Source: Gracilinanus agilis (taxonomy: Eukaryota). Taken from it: a DNA stretch of 64,000 nucleotides. Both the position numbers and the translations under genes were made by a program. Below, one piece after another: positions 13,237 to 24,090 of this stretch. Numbering within the stretch: position 1 is the stretch's first letter; each line of letters starts with the position of its first letter. Location of the stretch: assembly GCF_016433145.1 (NCBI RefSeq), contig NC_058130.1, forward strand, positions 278,318,566-278,382,565. Reading direction: 5' to 3'. Under the pieces are notes generated by a model. The model searched no databases. It was not told where the DNA came from and saw only the letters and a program-made list of their open reading frames with translations.

Positions 13237-13800
13237 TTGTCTTTCATTTTAAAGGAGGAACAATGACATCATGGACTGATGGCTTGAATGATTTTTAAGT
13301 GAGACAGAGTTGCACCAAGTCATCAGCCTCATTCTCTCTTCCAAAGTCATTGAAGTCCAGTGACAAGACAAAAGTCAGGATGACTGGCAATGCCCTGGGA
13401 TGCAGTGGATGACCTTGGGGACTTTCATGTCGGACCAAGCTCTCAGACATTTTGTAGCACCCATTTCAACCACTTTCATGGACATTGGAACAAATTGTTC
13501 TCATCTGCCCATTCAATCAGGGGAAATCTTTATATGCTTGGGATATAGTAACCTAATCCTCCCCACCTCTGCTAACTAACTGAAAGGTTTGGGGTCTGTC
13601 AGTTACCTTTAACCTAGTATTGTCTGTCTGCTGAGATGATTTTACTGGGGTGTGATCATTGTTTGCTACAGGTTCTTTGAGACATAAGAGAGAGTTGGGT
13701 GAAAGATAGCCACTAAAGGTTGTTTAGGAACCCTAAAAAGAGGTCTGCAAGCCCTTATACCAGAGGGGCTAGTCCTTCCTGAATAAGCCTTATACTGCAA
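13237..13800 (-). mobile_element. RTE-associated marsupial SINE or RTE end (WALLSI/RTESINE-like)
   Basis: TTGTCTTTCATTTTAAAGGAGGAACAATGACATCA...GATGACTGGCAATGCCCTGGGATGCAGTGGATGACCTTGG resembles marsupial RTE-related repeats; exact family uncertain. Confidence 0.7.
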
Positions 13801-14139
13801 TATGTGTTGAAAGGTTGACTGATCATCCCTGTTCTATATCTTACTTATGGATATTCCCTAATGACTCTTCCCCCCTCTTCTTTCTATAACCATAATACCA
13901 ACCTTAAAGATCTAAAGGACTCCCTAGAAACCTGAAACTAAAGTTTAGTAATTTAAAGAAGTATTAGACTGGATACTTTGTAAGTCTTAAATCTTTCATA
14001 ATTAAAAAATCATTACCAGTGTTCCTTTTGATCAGCTGATGATCATGCTTTAAGGTGTTTCAAAATCATATTTAAGAACTTTGTACTCTGCCCCATCTGT
14101 CCTTGTATGAAATATTTCCCTGTACTTAATAAGAGTTTA

Positions 14140-14329
14140 GGAAGCAGAAATGTGGCTCAGTGGATTGAAAGCTAAACCTAGAGATGGGAGGTCCTGGGTT
14201 CAAATTTGATCTTAGTCACTTCCTAGTTGTGTGACCCTGGGCAAGTCACTTAATCCTAGCCCCTACCATTTTTCTGCCTTGAACCAATATATAGTACTGA
14301 TTCTAAGATGAAGGTAAGGTTTTAAAAAA
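14140..14329 (+). mobile_element. SINE1_Mdo-type SINE (older copy)
   Basis: GGCTCAGTGGATTGAAAG...GGTTCAAATT...GAAGGTAAGGTTTTAAAAAA. Confidence 0.9.
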
Positions 14330-14478
14330 TAGGGCTTGTGGTCCAGTTTAATAAAACATACACTTGTTTTTACTACTTAATTTACTACTTATATATAGAT
14401 TGGAAATTACTTATAATCAGGTCCCTCTTTCCTTATAGAAGAAACACTGCAAGTCAAATGGTGCCTCTCCTTGCCAAG

Positions 14479-14480
<2 letters not shown>

Positions 14481-14530
<50 letters not shown>
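14481..14530. repeat. (AAT)n microsatellite, ~16 units
   Basis: Direct reading of the sequence. Confidence 0.98.
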
Positions 14531-15111
14531 TTTCTGACTAGATGGGGATTCCTCCAAACAAACTTCCTGCCACAGCTGAAGCTATATATTCTTTATTAAA
14601 CCCTATTTGAACACAAAATTTTGAGCTGTTGCTATGGTGCCATATATTTATATTTACATTTATATTTATATTTATATTTATGTATACGTATTGTGGGGAA
14701 GTTGCACAGACAGGGTTTTGAAGGTTGGAGTGAGGAAATTGACAAGAAGGCAGCTGGAAGGGGGAGGGGAGAGAGGTGGAGGAGAGTGACAATTGGCTCA
14801 CTCTGGAGGACTCTTAAGACAGCTAGATTTTCAAGCGTATTTTACAAAAATTTGGAAAGAAAGAAAACAATGGGAGGTCTCAGGGAAGTTGGGCCTACAT
14901 TACTTTCAAAAGCCTATATGACTGTAAAAGGTAGCCATCTTGAAAGCAGTTCCAGTCAGTACAGCTAATTGCCTATGAACAACACAATCAATAAGAAGCC
15001 ACTCAGTCTGAAGGGGTGGGACAGATCTTAAAGGGCCTGGCATAAAGACCTTTTTTTTCCTTTACAAAAGGCTTTTCAAGATACAAGACTGCAAACAGAT
15101 TATTCTTAGCC

Positions 15112-16586
15112 ATGAGTTATCTAGCCTTGATGGGACATTTCTTTTATATGGGCTACAGCTTATTTTTTGAAATGATTCTGGATTATATTTATCTTCTGCT
15201 TAATATCTATGAAAGCTGCAAATGGCTAAAAATTACTTTAGAGACTGTTTAATTTCCTTTGTACCCACATGTGCAGGATTAATATTCTCCTTAATTCAAT
15301 TATACTATGCCCTGAAAAAATGTATTCATCTGATCTGTGGAAAGAAATCAAAAGACAATGAAATCAATGAGGGAGGCGTTAACACAATTGAGAGAAATGG
15401 TTAGACAACTAACTGAGGAAAAAAAAATGGCAAACATATTAACACACTGCAAGACACAACTAAAAATAACAGTGTAACTGAGCAAGAAAAGACAGATGAG
15501 GCTGAAAGGGGAATACCAATACTGCCAATAAGAGACCACATTAGCCTACAAGCAGATGCCGGTATAGTCCATATCAAAAAACATGAGCCATTTACAGCTG
15601 CAGACTTTGAAAGTGTGAAGAAAAGGATACCTTCATGCTTTTCCGAAAGAATTCAAAAGAGCAATTAGGCTTTATGATCCAAATTTCCAGGACACTGAAT
15701 TTCTTCTCTCTGAATTATGTTGAAGAAGAGAAAAGCAACAATTCATTGAGGAGACTAGGAACAATCCAAATTTAACATCATGGCCACAGGAAGGAACAAT
15801 CTTAGAGTTATCTAATAATGCAAATCTATGTTATCTAAGAAAGGATTTAATAGAGGCAATGAAAAGTTTTTCAAAGAGAGCAGATACTTGGGGACAATTT
15901 CAGAACTTGAGGTAGGAGAGTGGGGAACATCCATCAAAGTTCCTCCATAGAGTGATCAAAGTAGCAGAGGACGTACTTGGCTTTGAAAATTTAAATGAAC
16001 AAAATCTCCAACACGTAAAGAGACAATTTGTGAAAGGCAGCAATACACCTGTTAGATCATATTTTAAATGTCAGTGCCCAGACTGGGAAATATTAAATCT
16101 GGAAGATTTAAGAAAAACTGTAACTTACATATATACAGATCATAAAAAAATCTTAAATGAAAAGGATGAAATAATAAAAGAACTTAAAACCAAGTTCAAG
16201 GAGGCAAATAGCACAATTAAACAAAAAGAAATCAAGTAAATAAAAAATCTAGCTTCTCTGCAAACATATAGACCCACAAGAAATTACACACAAAACAAAG
16301 GAGAAATGTACCAAAATGTTTCCTATGCAGGAAATTGGGACACATAGTTCATAACTGTTATTTAAAGGCACAATTAGTACAAGCTAACAACAATAAGGGG
16401 TCCTGGGAAAGCAACACAAAGTATAGCAACAACAATACACAAACAAATACAAAATGTTGCAATTGTAATAGTAAAAATTCATTGCAAGCCCCAAATTTAG
16501 AAACCATGGAAACATTCATCCAACAGGGGATGAGACTATGTTATTCACAGGTAGTCTCAGGTGCTGCCAAACAAAGCCAATTATGA
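15112..16586 (+). pseudogene. gag: ERV gag, with several frameshifts and stops
   Basis: CA start PIR at 15525, then HEPFTAADFESVKKRIPS and RLYDPNFQDTEFLLSELC*RREKQQFIEETR (aligns with MLV [33 protein letters not shown]). MHR FQNLR*ESGEHPSKFLHRV at ~15898-15954. CCHC knuckle CFLCRKLGHIVHNC at 16317-16358. The start codon is uncertain. Confidence 0.88.
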
Positions 16587-16641
16587 TGCCAGATGCAAAG
16601 GGTGAATGCAAAAAGCAAAGATAGGAAAGGAAATGGGGTAA

Positions 16642-18650
16642 ATGACTTGGGGGGTGGGAAATTGCATTAACATAGTGGGTGCAAAAACAAAACACCAAAC
16701 TAAGAAAGAGGAAAATGATGAAATGCAATTACAGAAAGATGTTGAGGAAATGTGGAGTATGGTTTATGGAACAATGGATAAAGACATAAGAGGAGAAGGA
16801 AATGGAGATATTGTAACAACAAAGAGTACACTTGCAATAAACTTGCTAGTAAAAAATGATTTAGCAAACCAAGAAGACAAAGAAAGAGTTTCTAGTGATA
16901 ATAACTTAAAATCATTCTCAGCACAAACCAAAAACAACTTATTAGAGGAAAGAAACTATAATTCACAAACTGAAGATAGGGAACTAAAACAACAAATATA
17001 GTAGAATCACAAATAGCGGGAACAAATGATGCAAAACCAAAAAGTTTCACTAAATTTGAGGGACAAATAGCCAAAGTAATAGTACAAAAGACCAATGGAT
17101 GGGACCAAGCAATATCTTCAGAAATTCACATGAGCAGACATCCTGAAGAGACAATCAGAAGTGATGATACAAAAAAGGGAAATATTACTGATATAATACA
17201 GCAATCTAAATTAAATCCTAATGTGGAAGAATTTAAGCCAACAACACATATAAAATCTTTAAACAACAAAGACATTATCCCAACATCCTTAAATCTTCAT
17301 GCTCAAGTAATGTCAATGCAAAAAAGCAGATGGATTGCAAAGTGAATTCTCAAACCAAAAATCTGTAGAAATTAATAATTCTCACACAGAAAGAGTAGAC
17401 CAAAACTGGGACCTGGAAACAACAGAATGGCAAGCTGCAGAGTTCAATCCTTCAAAATCTCTGTTATCTATGAACAAATCAATCAGAATCATAAACTATC
17501 CAGATTCTCAGACCCCTGCAACACCTTCAATCCCAATGCTGACACTAGACCAGAATGGAATGTATAATCCCCAATATATTTCTTGTATACCTCAAATTCC
17601 TATACCCCATATCTAACTCTATCACTGATCAACAGAGTACGTGCCAGGAAGTTAAAGGTTCCTTGCAGCCCCAATGTTCAGACTGTGGCAATGCAGACAC
17701 AGCAGATGAGTGGGGTCTAAGCAATATTGAATTGCTAGTTCCTATGATGGACACAATCACACCTCCTGAAGAAAAACACTGTATGTGGATATTGATCCAC
17801 GCAAGCTTGTCAAGATATTGCAAAGATTTTTAGACTTGTATGTTAAGAGCTTAGAATCCATCATCTATAAAACTTCCAATGTCAAAATTTCAGGAAGCCC
17901 CCACACAAGATACAAATCAAAGTGAAAAAAAGAGAGATAAAGAAATTTTAGCAAAAAATCAGCTATAGACACAAAATGAGTTGGTCCATTTCAAGTTTTA
18001 TTAACTACTCCAATAGCAATCAAAATAGCAGAGAATTCATGGATCCATTGTTCCCATACATAACTTTACAAGTCTTACACCACAAATGAAAATCACAGTG
18101 AAACTAAAAGTGATAAACAAAGTGCTGAGAATGAATATCAATTAGAAACAATAGAAACAAGTCCTAATAACTCATAGTTCCAAAAATTAACTCCAACAAA
18201 AGAAAAAGGCAAGTAAAGACTACAGTCAAGTATAGATGACAATAAAAAAATATGCACAAAGGGGACAAAACAACTAAAGAAAATAAGAAAAAACCAGCCC
18301 AGAGGGAAAGACAAGAAAGAATAAAAGCAGCAAGACAAGACAGAAGAAAAAACTTTGCACTGATTACAGAGACAGTAAAATCTGTCTGAACTTTGTAAAT
18401 TTGTATATATAAGAAATGGACAGATGATAAACTGGACAATTATATAAGATAGTGTGACAATAGCATAAAAACAAAAATTAACTTCACACATTAGGGAAAA
18501 CATGCAACACATACATAGCTTGGAAGAAATGAATAGAACCATCAGGCAACAATGAAGAGGAGTAAAAAAGAAAGATATAAATATTCATGCAACACTACAT
18601 AAAAAAGAATTTACTTGTTGACCTCAAGTAAATAAACGAGAGTCCATGAT
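16642..18650 (+). pseudogene. Decayed orphan hydrophilic reading frame (K/N/E/Q/T/S-rich) inside the ERV; product unknown
   Basis: Consecutive plus-strand open segments linked by frameshifts: 16642-17001, ~16985-17345, 17335-17616, ~17600-17775, 17773-17925, ~18080-18650. Strongly A-biased codons; no protease, RT, IN or Env motif found. Confidence 0.55.
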
Positions 18651-19438
18651 TGAAAAGAATTGCAAAATGTGTAAATCCTCAGTTACAATGCATAAAGTCT
18701 TAAACAGAAAAACCAAAATTTTTTCTACTTAATTAACACCAGAGTATAAGAAATAACATAATTGTTGTACAATGTATATAATTGATGTAAAGAAATTGTA
18801 CGTAGATAAATACATGTAATATATGTTTGCATATAGTAGTTATAGGGTTTGTAAATACTGTATCATACCTTTTACCTAGTGAATAAAACAAAGAATATAA
18901 AGAATAGATAGGGACGTTAGTATAACTTAGAGAAAAGTTTAGAAAATAGTTTAACTGTTACTAAATACTTAGTTTAGATTAGCACATAGGGTAACCATAA
19001 GATTTGAAACTAGAATAGCAGAATAGTTATCTTTAAAGAAAGTTATATGTAACAGCATTAGCTGGAAATTGTGTTAATGGAAATGTTATAGTTAAATTGG
19101 TTTTGCATAATGATAGAATAAAATAGGAAATTGTTTTATTAGTATTAGATTGCATAACTATAAGAGAAATATTAGTGATTATTGATTTTCATTATGTTAT
19201 TGTATTATAAAAATTGTTATTATTGTCTGTATTCATTTTGTAAATCCCAATTCCTAACCCAAACCTTTCCTAGAAAATGTCTTACCTTAGGGTAGATACT
19301 TAGGAATCTAGAATAACATAGTGTAGATAAGGTTTTTTATTATTTTGGGTGGATAGTTTAACAAATAGCATAAGATAAATAAGGGTAAGTAAAATAGCTC
19401 ATCTCACTGAGCTGGTTAGCTCATTGTGTGAAAGGGGA

Positions 19439-20010
19439 TGATACTGTAGGGAAATTGTACAGACAGGGTTTCAAAGGAAATTGACAATGAAGGCAGTTGG
19501 AAATAGGAGGGGAGAGAGACAGAGGAGAGTGACAGTTGGCTCCCTCTGAAGGATTCTTTCCTGGATCTTGGGCCTGGAAGGTGATCTCTTGGTTTCTTGA
19601 ATAGAAGCTATCTCTATTCCTGGTATTTTCCCAATTGCTTCTCTTCCTGGAATCCTGTGGATCCTAACATCGACTAAAAGGAGGGGCTATTTGACCTCTA
19701 ATGTCTGTTTTTGGGGGCATTAGCTCAAAGAGATAAGCCAAACCAGCTCTGAAGTTCAGAAATCTTTTCTCCTCTCACTGTCTACTTGCTAAAGATTTTG
19801 AACTTATAAAAGCTAGCATAGTTGTAGTACAGATTAGAAGAAAGGAAGCCTCCATAAGCCTTTGAGCCCTGTGCTCAGCTCAAACTCTGACAGAAACTGA
19901 AAACCCAATCTGTGCTTAAGGTTGAGGACAAACCCTAACTTCCCTCTATCCTAATCCCTTCCCTTAAAGACTTGTTAATAAACCAACTTTAGTTAAAATA
20001 AACACAGTCA
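19439..20010 (+). mobile_element. 3' LTR of the gag-bearing ERV
   Basis: Follows the PPT, starts with TG, has AATAAA near its end and matches the 5' LTR remnant. The exact 3' end and TSD are not resolved. Confidence 0.75.
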
Positions 20011-20029
20011 GACAATCATTTGTAAAGGT

Positions 20030-20198
20030 GAAGGGGGATTCTGGGAAGACGGAGGCTTAGACAGAGCAAATCTTAAGACCTCTGAGCCCTTTCCTCACTG
20101 AGATAGAAAAAAAAAGCGCTTTGAGAAGAAAGAGGACCAAATCTAATAACAGGACACAGGGGGATCCTACTCCTGGACAACTCATGAGATATGCCAAA
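20030..20198 (+). mobile_element. L1 5'UTR start fragment
   Basis: GGAAGACGGAGGCTTAGA...GCGCTTTGAGAAGAAAGAGGACCAAATCTAA...CCTACTCCTGGACAACTCA is homologous to 21360-21500. Confidence 0.75.
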
Positions 20199-20928
20199 TG
20201 TAAAGATAGGTCAAAAAGAGCCAGAAGAAGGCCATTGGTGACAGTTACTGACAGTTGGGACCAGCGAGGGAATTCTGGGTAATGGTCTGGAGGGAGGAGG
20301 GAGAAGGAGGATCTTCCCAGGAGGAGTGTAGAGAGGGAGGAGGAGAACATCTCAGCTCAGATCCAGTCCTGAGGGCTTTATGAGGATCTTTCTTTGGACA
20401 TTGAAACCCTGATTCCCTGGTCAAAGGCTTCCCATCACTTTTCACCTAGCAAGACTTCAACTAATAAGTGAGCTAAGTTTTGGGATTCCATTTTGGGAGC
20501 GATCTCTTAGGCTCCTCTCCCATTACCCAACCTTCCTGAGAGACCCTTTCCAGTTTGTCTTGCAATTATAGAAAAGGATTGAGATAGAAATAGAAATAGA
20601 AACTGAAGGAGAAGAGGTGAGGGGAGACGCTTAGGAGTGGGAACCCCAAAGGTTCCCACCCAAGTGATGGACCCCATTGAAATAGAGAAGAAGGCAGCCC
20701 AAATCCCTCTGCCCTTCACCCCTTTCCCCAATTCCTGAATTGTGATTAATAAAAGCCATTCATTAGTCGGATAGCGTTCCAGAGTGCCTGAGAGACAACG
20801 AAGGGGAGGGGAATCACAGCTTGTTCTGGCTGCCTCCATCTTGGAGCCAGACCACCCACTGTGAAGTTGACCCTGGGGGAGGCTTGTGTGAACCCGTCCC
20901 TCATTCAAAATCGGATTGGGGTCCCTCA
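20199..20928 (+). mobile_element. Solo ERV LTR (same family as 62560-63307)
   Basis: TG...CA ends, AATAAA at ~20749, long collinear similarity with 62600-63305. Confidence 0.85.
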
Positions 20929-20939
20929 TATTTCATCTT

Positions 20940-21349
20940 AAGGAGAAACCTCATCCCCAACTCCTGTGGGGTGGCATGACAATCCAGATCACTCAGTTTC
21001 TAGGTGAAACCCCTCGACGTCTCCCAGAGGGTATATTTGGCAGAAGGGTAGAGCCAGAAGAGAGTCTCACCTCATAGACTCTCTCTATCTCCCCTCCATT
21101 CCTAATATTAATTACTGGCTCTGTTAATTATTATACAAGAAAAAGGCTTGAATTCTTGAACTGTTGTGTCTGAGGGTATAGAAGGGGAATCCCAGGACCC
21201 CTCCCCCACAGGCAGTGCAGGGTCTCCAGCAGCCCCTAAAATCTCCAGGTGGGCAAACACACCAGCGAAGAGAGAGGGCCTTATTGGCGCTGGACTCAAA
21301 CACAGATGCCAGGGAGGTGGCTAGAGGAGAAAGGCAGAGAAACACAACA
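20940..21349. mobile_element. Partial ERV LTR
   Basis: GC-rich block ending ...GAAACACAACA; U5-like stretch resembles the neighbouring LTR. Confidence 0.6.
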
Positions 21350-21351
21350 AA

Positions 21352-22201
21352 AAATCTTGAAAGATGGCGGCTTAGATGGAGCAGACTTCAGACATACATT
21401 CTTAACCACACCAACATAGAGAACAAAGTGCTTTGAGAGGAAAGAAAACCAGGTCTAACAGCAGGACAGAGCAGGGAGACCCTACTGCTGGACAGCTCAG
21501 CGAAAACACTCCATCTTGCCACCCCTTTTTTTCTCTTGAGGTTTTAGCCTCAGGGCACTTTAAGCACTACAGATTAACCTAGTCCAGGATTAAGCCCATC
21601 AACTGGACAGACAAGAAGTCTTCAGAGGTCTTCAACTCCCTAGACTGCAGAGAAAGTAACTACAAACCTCCATTGCCAGCTGGAAGATCATTCATCAATG
21701 CTCTTTAAATCCATCTGCTTAACTTAGGTTATAGAACAGAAAAGGAAAAAAATATGAGTAAACAACAGAAAAAGAGAAAAGAAATTGTAATTGACAGCTT
21801 CTTTCTAGGAGGCAAAAAAAGAGCAAATGAAAGCAAAGAAGATCAGGAAGCTCCAGCCAATTGGACACAGGCTTTGGAAGATCTCAAAATTCAATTAACT
21901 CAAGAACTTCAGGAACTCAAAAAACAGTCAAGAGAGGCTGAAGAAAATTTGAAAAAGGAAATACATGAACTAAAACAAGAAAATAAGGTCTTAACAGCCC
22001 AAATTGACCAGTTCAAAAATGAAGCAAAGAAGGCAAAAGATGATCTACAAAGCAAATCTAACCAGAAGGAGAAGGATGACCAAAAAGTCAGGGATGAAAT
22101 TCAATCTTTAAAAAATAGAACTCAACAACTAGAAGCAAATGACTTTACAAGGCAAGAATATATAAAACAAAATTAAAAAAATGAAAAATTTGAGGAGAAT
22201 A
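21352..22201 (+). mobile_element. 3'-truncated L1: 5'UTR plus ORF1 coiled-coil N-terminus (ORF 21754-22176)
   Basis: AAGATGGCGGCTTAGA start. MSKQQKKRKE...QSLKNRTQQLEANDFTRQE matches the ORF1 coiled-coil end (compare QSLKATIEQLEANDLSRQ in the first L1). Confidence 0.9.
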
Positions 22202-22345
22202 TGTAAGGGTGAAGGGAGCCAGAAGAGAGATGCCATTGACTCCTTGTGGAGTCAGTTGGGGGCTCTGAGGGTTAGTTAATCAACACTCTTGGCTAACCTC
22301 AGAAATATTATTCCAGGTTTTCCCTTACTGCTTTACCTTTATAAG
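22202..22345 (+). mobile_element. LTR 5' fragment
   Basis: TGTAAGGGTGAAGGGAGCCAGAAGAGAGATGCCATTG resembles the start of the 20199 LTR. Confidence 0.55.
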
Positions 22346-22350
22346 AGAGT

Positions 22351-22354
<4 letters not shown>

Positions 22355-22393
<39 letters not shown>
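22355..22393. repeat. (AT)n microsatellite
   Basis: Direct reading of the sequence. Confidence 0.97.
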
Positions 22394-22397
<4 letters not shown>

Positions 22398-22559
22398 TAT
22401 TTTTCTCTACTGAGATAGAGGAAATAACTCCATATCACCAATAATCTTCTGGATATTTCCTTCTATATACACCATTGACATCCTATATTTGACATAACAA
22501 AAATAGAATTCATTTTATTTTTTCTCTTTATATATCCTTCTTCCAAATTTCCTTATTTC

Positions 22560-23200
22560 TGAGGACAGGACCATTTACCAACCCCCAAGTCACATAGGTT
22601 CACATCTTTGCTGTCATCTGTAATTCCATACCTTCCCTTTCCTCCCATATACATTTAGTTTCCAAGTCTTGTCAATTAGTTTTATAATATCACTCACACT
22701 TTAACCTCTATTCATGTGATCAATGGTCCTTAGTTATTTTTATTTGGACATTTGCAATAGTTTTAAAATTCCCTACTTCTAGATAGTTTCTTCTCAAATC
22801 TATCCTCCACATAGCTACCAAAACAATCCTCTTGAAGCACAGGCCTATCTGTGTCATTTCCCTGCTCAATAAGCTTCAATGACTCAGTTCTGTGCCTAGG
22901 ATAAAATACAAGAAATTCCTCATTTGGTATTTAAAGTCCTGTATATTCTGGCTCAAGTCTACCTTTCATATTTATTTCCCACTACTTTATCTCAGATACC
23001 CCATTTCATACATATATTATTTTATGTATATTTATTTATGTACTTTATTTCATATTAATATATCATAGCCAAATTGGCCTATTTTCTATTCTACAAACTC
23101 AATATTTCATATTCGGCCTCTATGACTTTGTAGATCTGCCCCCAAGCATGGAATGTACTCTTTCTTTATTTCTTTTAGAAACCTTGGATTCCTTTTAGAT
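22560..23200 (+). mobile_element. L2 3' region
   Basis: GCTACCAAAACAATCCTCTTGAAGCACAGGCC...CCTGCTCAATAAGCTTCAATGACTC...GGATAAAATACAA. Confidence 0.75.
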
Positions 23201-23224
23201 TTAGCCCATTCTTTTGTTCATTTA

Positions 23225-23650
23225 TTTAAAAATAATTTATTAAATATTTACTGTGTGACAGGCATTCTTATTGCTCAGATGACCTAAAGGTAAAAAAAAA
23301 AACTGTTCAGAACTTTAAAGAGGAAATACATTATCAATCAATCAAAATGTTTATTAAGCACCTACTCTGTGCCAGAACAATGCTTAGGGCTGGCAACAGG
23401 TACACATATATGTAAAGACAAAATATAGAACAACAAAATAGGAAATAATTTTGAGAGGAAGAACACTAGCAGCAGTAACAGGATAGAAGGATGCAATGGG
23501 ATGGCTCAGGAAAAAGCCAGGAAAAAAGATGGCACTTCAGGTGAACTTTGAAGGAAGTAAGAGATTCTGTGAGAAGGAAGTACATTTCATGCATGGGATA
23601 TAACCAGTACAAAAGTATAGAAACAGGAAATCCAGTGCTTTATATTAGTG
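23225..23650 (-). mobile_element. L2 3'-end fragments
   Basis: ATTTATTAAATATTTACTGTGTGACAGGCA and TTTATTAAGCACCTACTCTGTGCCAG. Confidence 0.65.
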
Positions 23651-23896
23651 TAATGGTTAGGGGGAAATGATAAGAATACTCCTAATCAATTGATTTCAGG
23701 CATACTCGCCCCCAGCCCACTTGATGAAATCATATGAAGATAATAGGAACAAGGGATTAGTGTGTTAAACCAAGTCAAATGATCACCTCTTTCCATATAT
23801 GTGGAGTTCTCTTTGATAGAATTAGAGAACAGCTAGCTATTTTCCATCCAAGGATAGGCCTTGGATTGGTGACCTTTCAAAAACAGAATATATGAA

Positions 23897-24090
23897 GGGT
23901 AGCTAGGTGACTCAGTGGATTGAGGGCCAGACCTGGAAATGAGAGGTCATGAATTCATATTTGATCTCAGATACTTCCTAGCTCTGTGATCCTGGGTGAG
24001 TCCCATTGCCTCTGTCTTACTACTCTCCTGCCTTGAAACCAATAAATAGTATTAACTCTAAGATAGAAGGTAAAGTGTTTTTTTTTAATA
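23897..24090 (+). mobile_element. SINE1_Mdo-type SINE (older copy)
   Basis: GGGTAGCTAGGTGACTCAGTGGATTGAG...AGATAGAAGGTAAAG. Confidence 0.88.

Larger units (their letters stand above)
14692..20010 (+). mobile_element. Decayed non-autonomous class I (gamma-like) ERV: truncated 5' LTR, gag, orphan frame, AT-rich 3' region, polypurine tract (PPT), 3' LTR
   Basis: 14692-14815 aligns with 19445-19555 at roughly 80-85% by eye plus an ~11 bp indel. Gag motifs present. PPT GAAAGGGGA at 19430-19438 abuts TG. AATAAA at ~19977. Confidence 0.85.

Noticed and set aside
14338-14541. ORF with a poly-Asn run
   Set aside because: Produced by the (AAT)n microsatellite.
16551-16565. VVSGA, one base from a VDSGA retroviral protease motif
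   Set aside because: Spacing to the next Ser is wrong, a stop follows within 7 codons, and there is no downstream GRD/GRN motif.
18138-18542. Two hydrophobic minus-strand ORFs (134 and 91 aa)
   Set aside because: Antisense shadows of the A-rich plus-strand orphan frame of the ERV.
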